Assembly (NCBI GenBank): GCA_965655095.1
Contig: OZ296650.1
Coordinates: 51,894,001-51,958,000 of the forward strand
Length of the DNA: 64,000 bases
Reading direction: 5' to 3'
Source of the DNA: Haplodiscus bocki
Taxonomy: Eukaryota
Of the stretch, positions 47,596 through 61,772 are shown piece after piece. Made by a program: the position numbers and the translations under genes. The notes under the pieces were generated by a model that saw only the letters and a list, made by a program, of their open reading frames with translations, made no database searches and was not told the origin of the DNA. How positions within the stretch are numbered: the first letter of the stretch is position 1; each line of letters begins with the position of its first letter.

Positions 47596-49449
47596 GTCGT
47601 ATAGAATATAGTTTTGCTCACTGAAATACAAATAAATAGACACCCTGAACTGATCTTTTACGGTATATTGCAAGCTGTTAATGTCTTGCGACTAGTGTTG
47701 ACGTTATAAGGGCTTCTTCCTTTGGTCAGCTGTAGGTAGCCAATTGATATATTTAATTTGAGTCAATATTTTTTTTAATTTCGGCCCATATCTATAATAT
47801 GGAAGGAATTTATCTACTCACAGCGGTATCTTTTTAACTTAACTGCAAATTTTCCGCGGAAATTGTCCAGATTCTGAAATCAAATTTTTAAAGCACCAAA
47901 TTATAGCCAATTTTCCGTATAAACTAAAAGTAAACTTTCTCAAATGCGTACGAAATTTATTTTTTTGAAGAAAGACTTGAATTTTTCAAAATCGGTACAG
48001 TTGGTAAATTTCCTGTAGAAAATGATAGTTTTTTAAATGGGTCTTTTCACCTTAATGAGGTTTTTTGAAAAAAAATCAGAAACATTTGAATTTTGGAAAG
48101 ACTGCAATATATGAAGAGTATTTTTTGGAGACGAAAAACGTTTGCATCCTTTTGAAAGTCATCTTTGAGAGAATCGGTGGCAGAAATTATGACTGTGGTA
48201 GCCGGCTGTCTTGCTTTGAATAGACTTGCGGAGCGTAGCGATACATGTTTTATGGTAAATGTATCCCTTTTTCTACCTGGTCATAAGTGGCCATCTTTCT
48301 GGGATTCCAATGCTCTGAGAAATTTTTCATATGGGCTTGAACCTGCAACCTGTGTTTCCGGAAGCGTTCTCTACGGATTAGAGCATCTGCTCTGACGGGC
48401 TTTCAAATTACCTCGTCAAAATGTAGAATACAATAGCGTTTCTTGCGAAATTGAAGACATTTGTTCACGCCTAATGAGTAAATATTCCTTTTTTGTTGAC
48501 TATCAGTTGGATTGCTACCATTTTACGGTTTTATGACAACTTGTGAGCCAGTTTGTTCAGTGACATGGAATAAATTTTTCATCTTTTCCGCGAGAAAAAT
48601 CATTTGTTCAAAAACTCAAAATTGGTTTTACTTGTGTTTTACTAGTTTTTCTCATTGCCTAGTATTTTTATGAGGTCATTAAGACGTTGACTCAGCTTCT
48701 CACTGCCTTCAGGTTTGACTGAGTAGCGTAGATGTTTTAGTTTCTGATCCGATTTCGAATTTTGACTTGTATCTAATAAATCAAAGATATTTTTTGCTCG
48801 CGTTGTTCGTCAAAACTGACTTTCTCAGTCGCTAAAAAGGCCGACTTGGGTTCATCTGGCGGAGATTTGACTACTTTCTGATTTGAGGATCTGTTGAGTT
48901 GACGGAATAGTTTTAACTTCTGTCGCAAAAAATATCAACTTGTGTTCGATATACCGGGCGTTTTTGTTTTTGACAAAATGTTTTCCTAATGAGTTGTGAT
49001 CAGATTCGTTCCATCTAGTGCTGATTCAGCTACTCTGCTATCTGGAGCTTCAGGCGAACGCCTGGGATGGTCTTTTTTCTAACTTTTATTGCGAAACATC
49101 TTGACCAGTACTCGGTGTATCCAATGTTGGTTCTACTCGTTGTTTCGACCTTTTGAGGAGTATCGGGGATCACTTTTTTTTTACAAATTTGATCGCGAAA
49201 TATCTCAACCGTTTTTTGTGAACGTCAGATGTTTGATCGTTTGATAATATGATGCTAGTTGAAAATGTTTTTCCTATTAACTAGTCTGGTATTCGGATTG
49301 CATACCTCTTCGGCTCATTCAACGTGTAGATATCTAGAAATGGGTTTTAGAAACTGTCGGACTATTTGTAAACTTTTGCCGTGTGGTTTTTGGAATCACC
49401 CGCGCCAATACATCATTAATTCAATCTCAAGTTCTAAAATCATCTCTTT

Positions 49450-52400
49450 GTTGTAAATTTGTGACGGATTCAGATTTTCGACAATTATTGGATTTTAGCA
49501 ATCGTTGTACTAGCGCCTAATTGTCTTCCAGTTGTGGTTTTTGGTCTCGCCCACTCTTGTATATGAAATGTTTATCTCTGTTCTGAGTTTTGAAACAATC
49601 GTTTTGGTTCGGTTTTGGTTCGTTCGGTTTGAAAGCGGAAGTTTTTCAAGGACATTCTGTGGATTTTGCTTACACCTTGTGGGACTATTTGATTTCCAGT
49701 GTAGTTTTTGGATTCCACGGCAGTGAAACGTCAATTGTTATTTTCCGAGCCAGAGGACTAGACTAATCTTTATGATGTTAGTTTGCAAAAGCACAGCTTT
49801 TTCACTTAGTGTTTTAAGTCTGGTTCTGCGTCAGTAACTTTCAATTGGTTTGCGATATACTTTTGGGCTCATCCAGACCTATACATCAGATGTTTGGTTC
49901 CTTATGATAATTTTAACTTACGGAAGCGCAGCTTCTCGAGATAGTCGCTCGGTTTTAGATTTTGTGAGACTGTGGTTTAGTTGTTTTACAGTATTATTTG
50001 TGGACTCGCCCTCACTTCAAAATCAAAAGATTAACTCAGTTCAGAATTCTAAAACCATCAGTTTCGATGTGATTTTGCAAAAAGCATTCTACAGACAGTC
50101 TCTAAGTTCTAGATATTGTAGAACTAAGGTCTAGTGGTCTTGCATTATGATTTTTAATCTTTGTTTTTCTTATGCATCAAGTTTTAAACGCATTTCAGGT
50201 TTAAAGTTATCTTTATGATTGCAAGTTACGAAATCATCGACTTTCTGACATTGAGTGGTTTTTGGAAATTGTAAAACTAACGTAAATGTTTTGTAGTTTT
50301 CTTTTCTGCACTCGCCCGTGCTTATGCATCATATGTTTTTGGGTTCGAAAATCTATATTCATCTTCTGTGATGACAATTCGCTAGAGCAGTGAATTTTTT
50401 GTTGACAATCAATGTGTCTAACACATTGTGAGATTAATGTATAATTGTTTTGCTGTACGGTCTTGGGACGGGCGCACACTTATGATAACTGTGTAACTCA
50501 GTTCGGAGGTTCAGGACGAACATTTCCGATAAGAATTTACAAACTTTTCACAAATGTTTTGGGTTCAGGCATTTTGACCCTAATATTGAATTCTTCAAAT
50601 TTGCTTTCGGGCTCATTCAGACTCATACCTGTAAAGTTGGTTCGGTTTTTTTTTATTTCGGTGATGTTAATTTGTGAAGGCATAGATTTTTCAAACCTTT
50701 TTGGTTTGAGTCACTCGCAAACCTTACTGATGTTCAAGTAGACTTACGTATTCTGACTTCCGGTTGGTCACTCCAAATTCTTTGAAGCTGGTTTTTTGAA
50801 ATCAAGAGATTTTTTTGCTTCGGTATCGCTGTTATCACCATGATTGAATGAAGTCACTCGTTTTCATTCGGCTTCGTCATAATGACACTATAACTAAAAC
50901 ACAATGGCTTCGTCTTTTCTCGCTTTTTCATTGGTTTCTTTCTGTCAGTGTCAGTGTCTCGCTTTGTTTATGGTACTGATGTCAGAAAGTTTGGGTGAGT
51001 TTTGAGAAGCCGAAACAGGGTATGCTATCTCCATTATTATAGGAATGTGAGACGAACGTTTGTTTTACAGTATCGTTTTTGGACCTGCCGACACATGCAT
51101 TAAGTGTACATAGTGTGCAGAATTCCTTTTCATGTCAAATTGCGGAAGCACCGAGTTTCCTGAGTCGTTAGATTTCTGACGCTTTTGAACTAACGCTCAA
51201 TCCTTTTACCGTTCTGAAATTAGACACCCACACTTAACGTCAATTGGTTAATTCTGTTCACAGTTATAAAGCCATCTTTTCTGATGTGAATTTGCGGAAG
51301 GAAGTCTTTGACAGACAGTCTTTGGGCTGTAGTCCTTCTGACACTAGCGTTTAGTTGTTCTTCGATGTGCTTGAGGACTCAGCACTAATAATTCAAACGT
51401 ATGGATTACTTTAGAACAGTGACGTTAATTTGCGCGAGCATGGAAATTGCAGAAAGTTCATTAGTTTTAAACTTTGAGGGACTAAAGTTTGGTTTTTGTA
51501 TTCGACAGCACTTCTTCATCGGTTGTTGTTTTTGAGGTTGTAGTTCTAAACTTATTCGTTTCAATGAGATTTTGCCGAACAACGATTTTTTTAAAAAAAG
51601 TTTCATTCTTATAGTTTTCGATTTACTTTTAGTCTCATCCTGACCTATTCTTTAGAAGTTTTATTTAGTTCGGTGATCTTATTTAGGTAATGCACTGAAT
51701 TTTAAGACAGTGTTTCGATTTCAGACATACTGAGATTTCATATTAATTGTTTTGCAGTATGATTTTTGGGTCTTTCGCACACTTATGCATCAGCTGTTTT
51801 TGGAGTTCCAAAATCATTTTCTTTTTGAATTTGCAAAAAGAAGGCTCATTCAGCCAGTCATTGTTTTTTACACTTTGTGGGACTAACGCTTATTTTTTTC
51901 CAGTTTGTTTTTCGAATTCCACGGCATTTATACATCAATATTTGTTTGTCAGAGTCCTATAATCTAATTCTTCGAAATCAGTTTTCGAAAGCTCGACTTT
52001 TTGAAAGTTCATTGCCTTTCGACATAGTGACAGTAATATTCAACTGCTCTCTGATATCTTTTTGGATTCATATAGGCCTGTAGAATAAACGGTAAGTTTA
52101 CTTAGGTGATTTTACCTTGCGACAGAACAGAGTTCTAAGACACAGTACTGCTTTTCAACATTTTGAGAATACCGCTTTGTTTGGCAGTATGCTTTTTGGA
52201 CCTCCACGTATTTACATAAAGTGTGCACCTCAGTTTGGAGTCTCAGAACTTTTTTAATCTGAATTTGATTTGTGAAAAGAAGGCTCTGTCAGACAGTCCT
52301 TGGTTCTCACCGAATGTGAGATTAACGTTGACTTGTTTCCCTTTACTCTTTTTGGATTCGACGGCACTTGTACCTTTTTTTTAAAGATCGGGGTCAAAAG

Positions 52401-54000
52401 TCTTTTTTTATGTGAGTTTGCAAAAGCATTCTCACTTGGTGTTTTGTTTCTGGCCTTGCGACAGTATGTTTCACTTGTTTGGCGATATACTTTTGGGCTC
52501 ATCCAGAACTATGCATCATACGTTTAGTTCATTTGGGTAATTTTAACTTGGGGAGGCGCAATTTCTTATGATAGTTTTTTGGGCTTAAATTTTGTGAAAG
52601 TAAGGTTTTGTTTTGCAGTATGGTTCGTGAACTTGCCTACATGTATTTCTGAAATGTTTGACTCAGTTCGAATATCTAAAACCTCTTTCGATTTGAAATG
52701 CGAAGTGAACGCTTTTTCAGAGACACTCTTTGGTCTGTACACAATGTGAGATTTCTTTTCCTTTGTTTCCCACTTTGGTTTTCGGACTCAAGGGCACTCA
52801 TACGTAACTTTTTTGAATCGGATTGCTAAAATCTTCTTTGATATCAGTTTGCAAAAGCATGGCTTTTTCATGAAGTCTCTTGGTTTCCGACTTTGCGACA
52901 GTTACGTTAAATTGCTTTCCTGAATATTTTTGGACATATCAACTTATACAATAAACGTTCGGTGTTGTAGTTTTGGGAAACCAAAGATTTTTTGGACAGT
53001 CGTTCGGTTTTAGATTTTGTTAGACTAAAGTTTAGTTGTTTTTCACTATGGTTTTTGGACTCGCCAACATGTGTTTATCGAATATTTAACTCTATTCGGA
53101 ATGCGAATTCTAAAATCGTTTCTGATGTGAATTTGCAAAATATTTTTTTAGAGACACTCATTGGGTTATACTCATTGTGAGATCAAGGTCCAATCGTTTT
53201 CCTCTACGGTCTTAGGACTGGCACTCAATTATGCATCAAATATTTGAGTTGGGAGTTCTAAAACCGTCTTTTTTTGTCAGCTTGTAGAAGGGCGGCTTTT
53301 TCACAATTTTTTTGGTTTTAGGCATTGTGGCAGTAGAGTCTGTTTGTTTTCCGATATGCTTCTGTACTCTGCCAGACCTATGCATCAAAAGTTTCGTTTA
53401 ATTTGGTGATTTTAATCAGCGAGTGCACGGATATTAAAAGTCTTTTGATTTTAGACTTTTTGAGATTACCTTTTATTTGTTCTGCTTTTTTCTTTTTGGA
53501 CTTTCCCACAGTTATGCATCAAGTGTTCACCGCCGTTTGGAGTTCCAGAACCATTAAATGTGGATTTGTGAAAAGAAAACTTTTTCGGACAGTCCAGATT
53601 GCGTGACTGTTTTTCTTGACGCGCAAAGCCCTGAGGGGGGCGCGCGATCCTCTACGCGCGCTACTCTGCTGTAGGTTTTTACACATTCTGGGACTAACGT
53701 TTACTTGTTTCCCACTATGGTTTGTGGACTTAACGGCTTTTTATTGTACATAATTTATTGTAGGTCAGAGTTCTTTGTTTTCATTCAATTTGCACGGAAT
53801 TGTGAGACACAGTCTTTCGGTTTTAGACTTTTTGAGGATAACTATAAATTGTTTTGCTGTAGATTTTTGGAGGTGCCACTTTTTTTTTAAACTTGATCGT
53901 TTAATTGACGTGGGCGTCGTAAAATCATCTTAAAGTGAATTGGGAAAGCTACGGTTTTTGATTTTAGACTTTGTAAGACTAGCATTCTCCAACATGGTTT
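49450..54000 (+). repeat. highly diverged tandem array, unit about 125-160 bp
   Basis: Recurrent TTGTGAGACT, TTTTTGGACTC, TTATGCATCAA, GATGTGAATTTGCAAAA and AGACAGTC motifs. Block ~49780-50130 resembles ~52415-52760. Confidence 0.7.
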
Positions 54001-56444
54001 TTGCGTTCTCTCATACTTTTTTAAAGATTTTTCACTAGAGAGCGGTCCTTGGAACTACTTCTCTTATGGACCCGAAACGGCAATTTTCAATACTTCCATT
54101 CGATATAGAAGCTCTTGTCTTATGGGGGATAGCAAACAGATATCAGGTTTGTTTAGGGAAATGTTGGGAGAATTGTCAAGTCAACGTAGAAAAGTTGCAT
54201 TGTCAGTTGGTTTACTTACTGTGTACTTAGTAAACAATATTCAGTTTCGATTGACTTTCCACTTTGACCTTTTTGGCTGGAAAAATTTTCGTTTTGGGAG
54301 TGAAAATATGCAGTAACCCCCTTCCTTACTACTAATCGAATTCAAAGAGCCACAAAATTTCTCATCCTGCATTCTAATGTCAGGCATTCTTCCAGTTGAA
54401 AGTCAAAATTTTGAACCCCAGTAAGGGATGCCAACCAGGAAACTGTAAATTCCTACTTTTTTTTGAAATTATTGATAATTTATATTGCTAAATTTTCCAA
54501 CACTGCATAAATCTTGAATTATTTTTACTTGTAGTCTTCCTTTTGGATCAAACGTTCTGCCCGAGAAACAGTCAATCTGGTAAGGGATGTAAAATTAAAT
54601 TCAATATATCATGCAAATCTCGAACTGAAAGGTATGATTGTTCTAACACGCGGTACGGGGAAGTTTCAGCCAAGGGAATTTTCTCCCTGATTACTCCTGA
54701 ATTGACTTTTTAAATTATTTACACTAACGGAAAAAAGGAACATCTTTTGATATTTATCCAGACGTCCTAAATACAGTCAAATTCGTCTATAGTCATCCTT
54801 ATCGACTGGGATGGAAGCAACCTGCCGTATAAAATTCCATGCCGTTTTCAGAAGGCTCATGAAAAGCCGTGTATGGCAGAAACCGAAAAACAGTGACAAA
54901 ATTGAAGATTTTTTCATATCCAAATTTTTGACAGAGCAGGTGGACCCAGAATAAATTTTTTGTACAAAGATTGTTTGTGAACCGTGCATGTGACCTGATG
55001 GATGCCATTCAAAGTGGTTTTCCAAGAATGCGTATTAACATTCATCTCAACAGAATTGAAAAATACTTCAAATGTTTTCAAAACCTGTTTTGTACGTTGC
55101 CGTATACGTCAACGGCAAAGTTGGCTATATACAGCAAATTTGAGCATTTCAGTCTCTACGCAATAATTTCACTTGATGATTTTGTTTTTCACGGTATTCA
55201 AATACAGCGCACCAATGAAGTAAGTTTCTTTTCCACTTCCAATACTAATTTCCAATGACAAAGTCGTCTCTGCTGAAACAATTTTGATCGGAACCAAGAA
55301 TTAATCCTCGAGGTCTTTTCAAAATACTGAGTCAAAATTCAATTGACTCAAAGGCATGGGTACCCAAGACAAAGGAAACCGACTGACAAAAGAACCGTCA
55401 AAAAATCGATTTACAATCTTCAGTCAATTTCTTGAAAAATGGAGTTGAGCATAAACTAAGAACGCAATACAGTAAACTCTTCGAAATTAGTTAATGCATA
55501 ATTGAGATGATTTGAATGCTCAAATGCCCAGGTATAGGAATTGTATGCGAGAAAATATGGTCAAATAAGCAGAAAATGACTCGATTTTCAAACTTCCACC
55601 AGTGTAAACTATCAAAAAAATTTACCGGAGAAAACGCTATTCGACGATTTGAGGTCAGATGAATTTGAAAGTCTAATTTTCAAAATGAAGCAGATCGAAA
55701 ATAACGCCACACTAACCAAAAGTAGCACGAATTGCGTTTCTTTCGCCAAGGAAGCGATCAACGAACACTTAGATTGCAATCAAAATTTATTATGCGGTAC
55801 AATTCAATCTCGTCTTAGCGTTGCGGTAGAAGTCAGAAAAAGGCGACATGTTGGCGAAGCGAAATCGAGCTTCAACGAAAATATTCCAGTTTGGAGATGT
55901 AATGATTTATATAAGCTTTTTGGGGTCTAAACTTTATGATTGGCATTCGATTGGATGATCGACCTTTTCTTTCATTTGAGGGCCCTCCACCTAACAAAAT
56001 TTAGCGACTCATAACGTTCACATCAGTGTCAGGATGTACTATAAACCCACAACAGATATTGAAAACACAGGCGCAATGCACATAGAGCGACGGTTTCCCG
56101 CATCACAATTTCTTGCAAGCTAGTACAGATTAGAATCGAAGCGTGAGGAAGCATTGCTGCAGCAACAACAAACCAAGCTAACATATTGAGGTAAACTTCA
56201 TTCTGTGACAAAAACTTTCAAATTCTGAGCATAGTGTTCACTTCTCATCATTTCCCAAGAAATCAAGTAATATTCATGCAGCTGTAAACAAAGTAGCTAC
56301 AGAATCATCCAAAGGGTTTCTGTAAATTCGTCAGAAAGAACTTGATAACAAGAAAGTTTTTGCGGACATTAACGACTGATCAATATTTTCGTTAATCGTA
56401 ACAGTTTCGCATGCGAAAAAATTTCCACATTGAAATAGCCAATG

Positions 56445-57230
56445 AGACACGGTGCCAATGGACTTCTGGATTGATCTGGTATTAGTGTATACAGTGAAAC
56501 GTAGAGTAAAAGTTTCTTCATTTGCCACTCGAGCGCAATTTCGGCCGATATCCGACGAAAAATTGAATTTTGTAAAAAATTTCAGTTGTTCGAAGACTTT
56601 TCGAGCCCTTCAACCCGCTATAAGAGCGCAACTGGAACTATTCCGCTTCTTAGTGTCACAAAGTACTCCTTGAAGTACAGCCTACAATCGCCAGGTTCGA
56701 GAATTGATTAGTTTTGTTGAGGAAAAACAATACTTCCCGCGTTCCTAAGGAAAAATTGGAGACCTCCCTGGAAAAATTTCGATGAAGAATTCGCAGGAAA
56801 AAGCATTCTACCCATTAGCAATTTACATTTCTCAACTAACATTTTTCTGAGCATTCTACAATGAGCCATTTGGCATTGTTATTTACACAGACGCGAAGCT
56901 GCGCATTGCTACACTTGCGCCAACGGAGTGCTACAGAATAAATCGACTAAACATATTTGATTTTTGAAAGCGCGACGATACTACTGATAACAAGTGTCCA
57001 GGCACTCAGTTAAATCTTAAACATTTATATACAAGTACGAAACAAAATGATTTCCATGTTTTTGATATCCGAACAGAAATACTCAATCTGAAGCCGCAAT
57101 GGCAGTCAGTAGGCACGCGACTGCAGAGTAGAATAACCCAAGTTCGAACATACGAGACTACCTCCATTCTTTGGTCAAAATCTAGGAACTTGTGTGAGTA
57201 TTGAAGGGATGGGAAGAAAGAATTCAGAAG
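56445..57230 (-). repeat. right arm of an inverted repeat pairing with 33789-34575
   Basis: Reverse complement of the left arm. About 500 bp is essentially identical; the inner ~260 bp is clearly diverged. Confidence 0.95.
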
Positions 57231-57379
57231 AAAAAGTTTTGTCTTTACCGCTAATTTTCCAATCAAAGTTTTTAATCAAAGCTCCTTGTCTCATCAGTTA
57301 TTGAACGGATTTTTCTGATGAGCGCCAGAGATATTACGAAAAGTATCTCATTCAAAACTTAATAAGTTTTGTGCTTCCG

Positions 57380-58315
57380 TTGGAAAATTTTTGATTGGTT
57401 TTTTTGAGAAAGGAAATGGAAAATCGGGCTGATTGCTTTTTTCGGGCTGTTTTTAGATTTTTTGTCAAATATGAGTGCTAAATCCTCGCACCTAGGTGTG
57501 CAAATCACCTGAATTGTTCGGAGGCACTACAAGCAAGCTCTAGTCTTCTCAACTATGAGTTTTTGCTATGAGCTCCCAAAAATTTTGATAGTTTTGGTGA
57601 AATGATGTTGAAAGTTGTAATTTGCTTTCATTGGATTTTGTCGAGCGTAAGTGATTTGTTCCTCTACCTAGGTCTTCAGAGCGTCCTTTTTTAGCAGAGG
57701 CCTTACAAACAGGCTTGGATATATCAAATATCAAGTCTTCAGGTTTTGTTTGCCGTTCAAAATTTGTTGATGGGTTTCTTGAGAGAGAAAAACTTGAAAA
57801 TCGAGCTAATTTAAGCTATTTTAAAGTTTAAAGTTTCTTTAGATTTGAGTGCTATCTTCTCACAGCAATCTTTTCAAATCTCGATTTCTCAACTGTTAAG
57901 TGTTGAAATTTTGTCCGCGGTTCAAAAAATTTTAATGGGTTTCTTAACAGAGACAATATTTTGAAAAGTCGAGCTAGTTTCAGCTTTTTTAGAATTCCTT
58001 CAAGTTTGAGTGTTATATATTTGCAGCTAGGTTTTCAAATCACTGGAATTTTGCATAGGTATTACAAATAGGCTTCAATGTATCAATTGTTAAGTTTTGG
58101 TTGAGGTGCAAAAGTTTTTGAGGTTTTTTTGAGAAAGAAACCTGAGATACGAGCTGAATGTTGCAGTTTTCAAGATATTTCATCACGTTTCAGTCTTTTT
58201 TTTGTGGCACCTTTTCCTCGGTATCACCTATTTTTTGAACAAACAACTAGGAGACTGTGGTTTAACTCATTAATTTTGCTTTGAGTTTCGAGCCCCGCCA
58301 GGGGCCTATATTTTC
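57380..58315 (+). repeat. diverged ~180-bp tandem array ending in a GC hairpin-like motif
   Basis: GGTTT(C/T)TTGAGA...AAAATCGAGCT units at ~57398, 57772, 57937 and 58122. Ends GAGCCCCGCCAGGGGCCTAT (~58290), also seen at ~27911. Confidence 0.55.
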
Positions 58316-60612
58316 AAGTCATTCCGCAGTTAAATTGCTTTTGCCAAACCCCTTTCTGCTCCAGTAGGTGGCTGTGAGGCACAAGATCTTACATAGGTCA
58401 GAATTGCACTTTTCTCTTGTGATCGGAAGTTTTTAGTTTCCCGGGCTTTATAATGATTTCATTTTTTATTGATTCAATTTTTGGCTCAAATTTTAAATTG
58501 GTCAATCAAATTAATTCAAGTGAGCGGATAAAAATGTTTCCTCAATTCGATGTCATTTGAAGGAGAACAAAACGTAAATGGACATAATTTTCATTATTAC
58601 TTGAAGAGACCGGTAAGTTCCATTGTTACATTAAATGAAAGACTTCGTTCCCACAGTTTTCATTATTCTGGAGCATAGAAATTGCTTTCATATACAGTCA
58701 AATAGCTTTGAATAAATCCTATGATGAGTTTTTCAGCATTAGCTTGCATTTAACGAACGTTTTGTTTCTTCTGCATTTCCAACGTCAATTTTATATTTAT
58801 ATGCATTGATAATGCGGTAAAATGGATCAAAATGACCAATATAGGATATTTTGATGGAGTTATTGCGATACCTCACCCCACGATTCGGGCAAAAATAGTT
58901 TTCAGCTTGTCACAATACCGCGGAAAAAATTTGTTAGTTTTTTAATTTACTAATTTAACTAAGTTGTCATTTTTCCTAATCAAGAAAAATTAAAATTACC
59001 ACACTTTTGCCAACAAGTGCGAAATTATGAAAAACAAATTGTTACGGCCCGTTCTATACAAACAACGCCGATTCAAAAAAGTATTTCATGAGAGCATTCA
59101 TGCTCTATTAGACAGGAATTGAAAGACGTATATCGGCGAACTTTTGTTCAGAATATATTACGAAAATACTGCAAATGCAACGTCAGGGCTAACGTTGTCT
59201 TTATCCTCCCTTTCATCGCCTGTTTGGTGCAATAGCTTGTCTAACTGAATGAAAATCAAGATTGCAAGTCTCGAAAGCATCGTTTGCGAGGTTGTTCAAT
59301 TTGAAGAAGGGCGTAGTCAGGCAACATATGCATCAAAACTTTCCAACTTCGTTAATCGTCTTTCGGCAAACACGCTGCATGTTATACAGTAGTGATTTTA
59401 ATTAATGCGACTCCGCAATTTTGATAAGCTTTACAAAATCCGAAGTGGAGAAGTAAATATAAGGAGATCAGAGTAAACAACGATACTCTGAGAAAGCTCA
59501 TTAAAAGGGCTACGACATGGTTGTTTTATTTGCGAAAACAAGTACTTCAAAGAGGTAGAACATTGCGTCCCAAAGTTGAGTAAATAAACTATGCAAGCAT
59601 TGCGAATAACGAATAATTTTGGAAGTTTTCGTAAGAAATCTTGACAATGATACAAAATAGCAGGAAACAAATTACATAATTTGTTAGTTTTGGTTATTCC
59701 TACGAGCTTTTATATTCAACACTTTTTTCACAACTTTGAATTTTCAGAAGAAATTGCAAAAAGTAAAAGTATAATTTTAACATCCTATTTTAATACATAG
59801 ATTTTCAAATTTAGTAAATTCAAGATGATTTTTGGAATAGTTTTTGAAAACTTTTCCGCCGACAGATGATATCAGTTGTCGCAGAAAAATCAGGGGCATC
59901 TATTGATGAAGTAAAATTCCAATTATTTTTTTTAAAGTTACGAAATTGTCAAAAGAATTGAAAATTTGGCCAAAAATGCATTTTCTAGTTTTTGCTCTAT
60001 TTGTTGGAAATTTTTCAAACACTATTATAATCTCCTGAAAATTCTAAGAATATTTTGTTTCTGGTACTTTTGTCCAAAATGATTATTCCCGAAGTTATTC
60101 GTGTTTAAAGTTGACTTATGCATTAAAGTTGTCGCATTAATTAAAATCACTACTGTACTTTTTCTTATAACTAGATCGTCTCGTCATAAATAACCATCCC
60201 AGCAGGCAGAAAAATCAATTCCTTAATCACTTGACAAATCATGTCACCAGTTTGTAATGGTTGACGGGAGACATGGCGATGTTGTGCGCGCTCTTAGAGC
60301 AATTCGCTTCTGAAAAATTTGCCGGCTTTCTTAACAACAGCTTTTATTGACCTTACTTTGACGTGTTTTGTTTTTCTTTTCTGCCCATTACCATTATTTA
60401 GACCATAAACTATTGGGAAAAAAATATTACCGAAACTTGCGATAACCCTCTTTATGAATATTGTAAAATTTTTCCGAAAGGTAAATTCCAAAAATTCATT
60501 TCCAGATATTTTTTCAAAAAATTCTAAAGCCCTTCTTAGAGTATTCCAAAAACTTTTCGAAAAAGCGAATGCCAACTTTTTTACACATTCTGACTGATAG
60601 GAAGATTGTGTA

Positions 60613-61772
60613 TTGGAAACCGGCTTATGCATAGTTTTTTTATCCTGCCCCAAATCTTCTATTTGTGACGTCATCGGAGAGGCTAGTCCTCTTGTTTAAT
60701 AGGTCAAAAAGACCCTTTTTGAAATATATCGGTAGGTACTTGTTTATTTTCGCGTTTTGAAAAGTGCAAAATTATTGAGAATTAGTCTGGAAACTGAACG
60801 ACAGCGTTCTAAAAGGTATTGTTTGACATATTAATGTTTGAATATGAGACAGTGTGGGAAGTGTATTAGGTGACCCCAAAAAAGTTAAGTGTAAAACTTT
60901 GGAGTTCTTAACGTTGAAAGTGGTCAGTATAAGTCAACAAGACATCGGAACTTTCAAGTTGACACATACAGCTTGTGAAACATCAAAATTGTGAAAATTT
61001 AGGTTCACCATATGAAAGTTGTTTATACTTATTTGACCGAAACTTTTTGCAGCTTTTTTGATGTTCCAATAAAAGGTCACAAGTTTCCATAATTGAAAAG
61101 TGCGATATTAAGTTTTCAAAGCAGTTTTGACGTCTTGTTGATTAATATTGGCCATTTGGGAGCTATAATTTTTTTTTATTTCTAACATTTTTTGGAAACC
61201 GGCTTATGCATAGTTTTTTTATCCTGCCCCAAATCTTCTATTTGTGACGTCATCGGAGAGGCTAGTCCTCTTGTTTAATAGGTCAAAAAGACCCTTTTTG
61301 AAATATATCGGTAGGTACTTGTTTATTTTCGCGTTTTGAAAAGTGCAAAATTATTGAGAATTAATCTGGAAACTGAACGACAGCGTTCTAAAAGGTATTG
61401 TTTGACATATTAATGTTTGAATATGAGACAGTGTGGGAAGTGTATTAGGTGACCCCAAAAAAGTTAAGTGTAAAACTTTGGAGTTCTTAACGTTGAAAGT
61501 GGTCAGTATAAGTCAACAAGACATCGGAACTTTCAAGTTGACACATACAGCTTGTGAAACATCAAAATTGTGAAAATTTAGGTTCACCATATGAAAGTTG
61601 TTTATACTTATTTGACCGAAACTTTTTGCAGCTTTTTTGATGTTCCAATAAAAGGTCACAAGTTTCCATAATTGAAAAGTGCGATATTAAGTTTTCAAAG
61701 CAGTTTTGACGTCTTGTTGATTAATATTGGCCATTTGGGAGCTATAATTTTTTTTATTTCTAACATTTTTTG
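60613..61772 (+). repeat. recent 579-bp tandem duplication within a dispersed repeat
   Basis: 60613-61191 and 61192-61772 are almost identical (one substitution and one T-run length difference seen). Confidence 0.95.

Noticed and set aside
54700-56300. Possible MULE-type transposase remnant (DLMDAIQSGFP, STNCVSF) between the inverted arms
   Set aside because: The resemblance is limited to a few residues in short broken frames. It needs a translated profile search before it can be called.
58800-60300. Possible exons of another host gene
   Set aside because: No consistent splice-bounded open frame with recognisable motifs was found.
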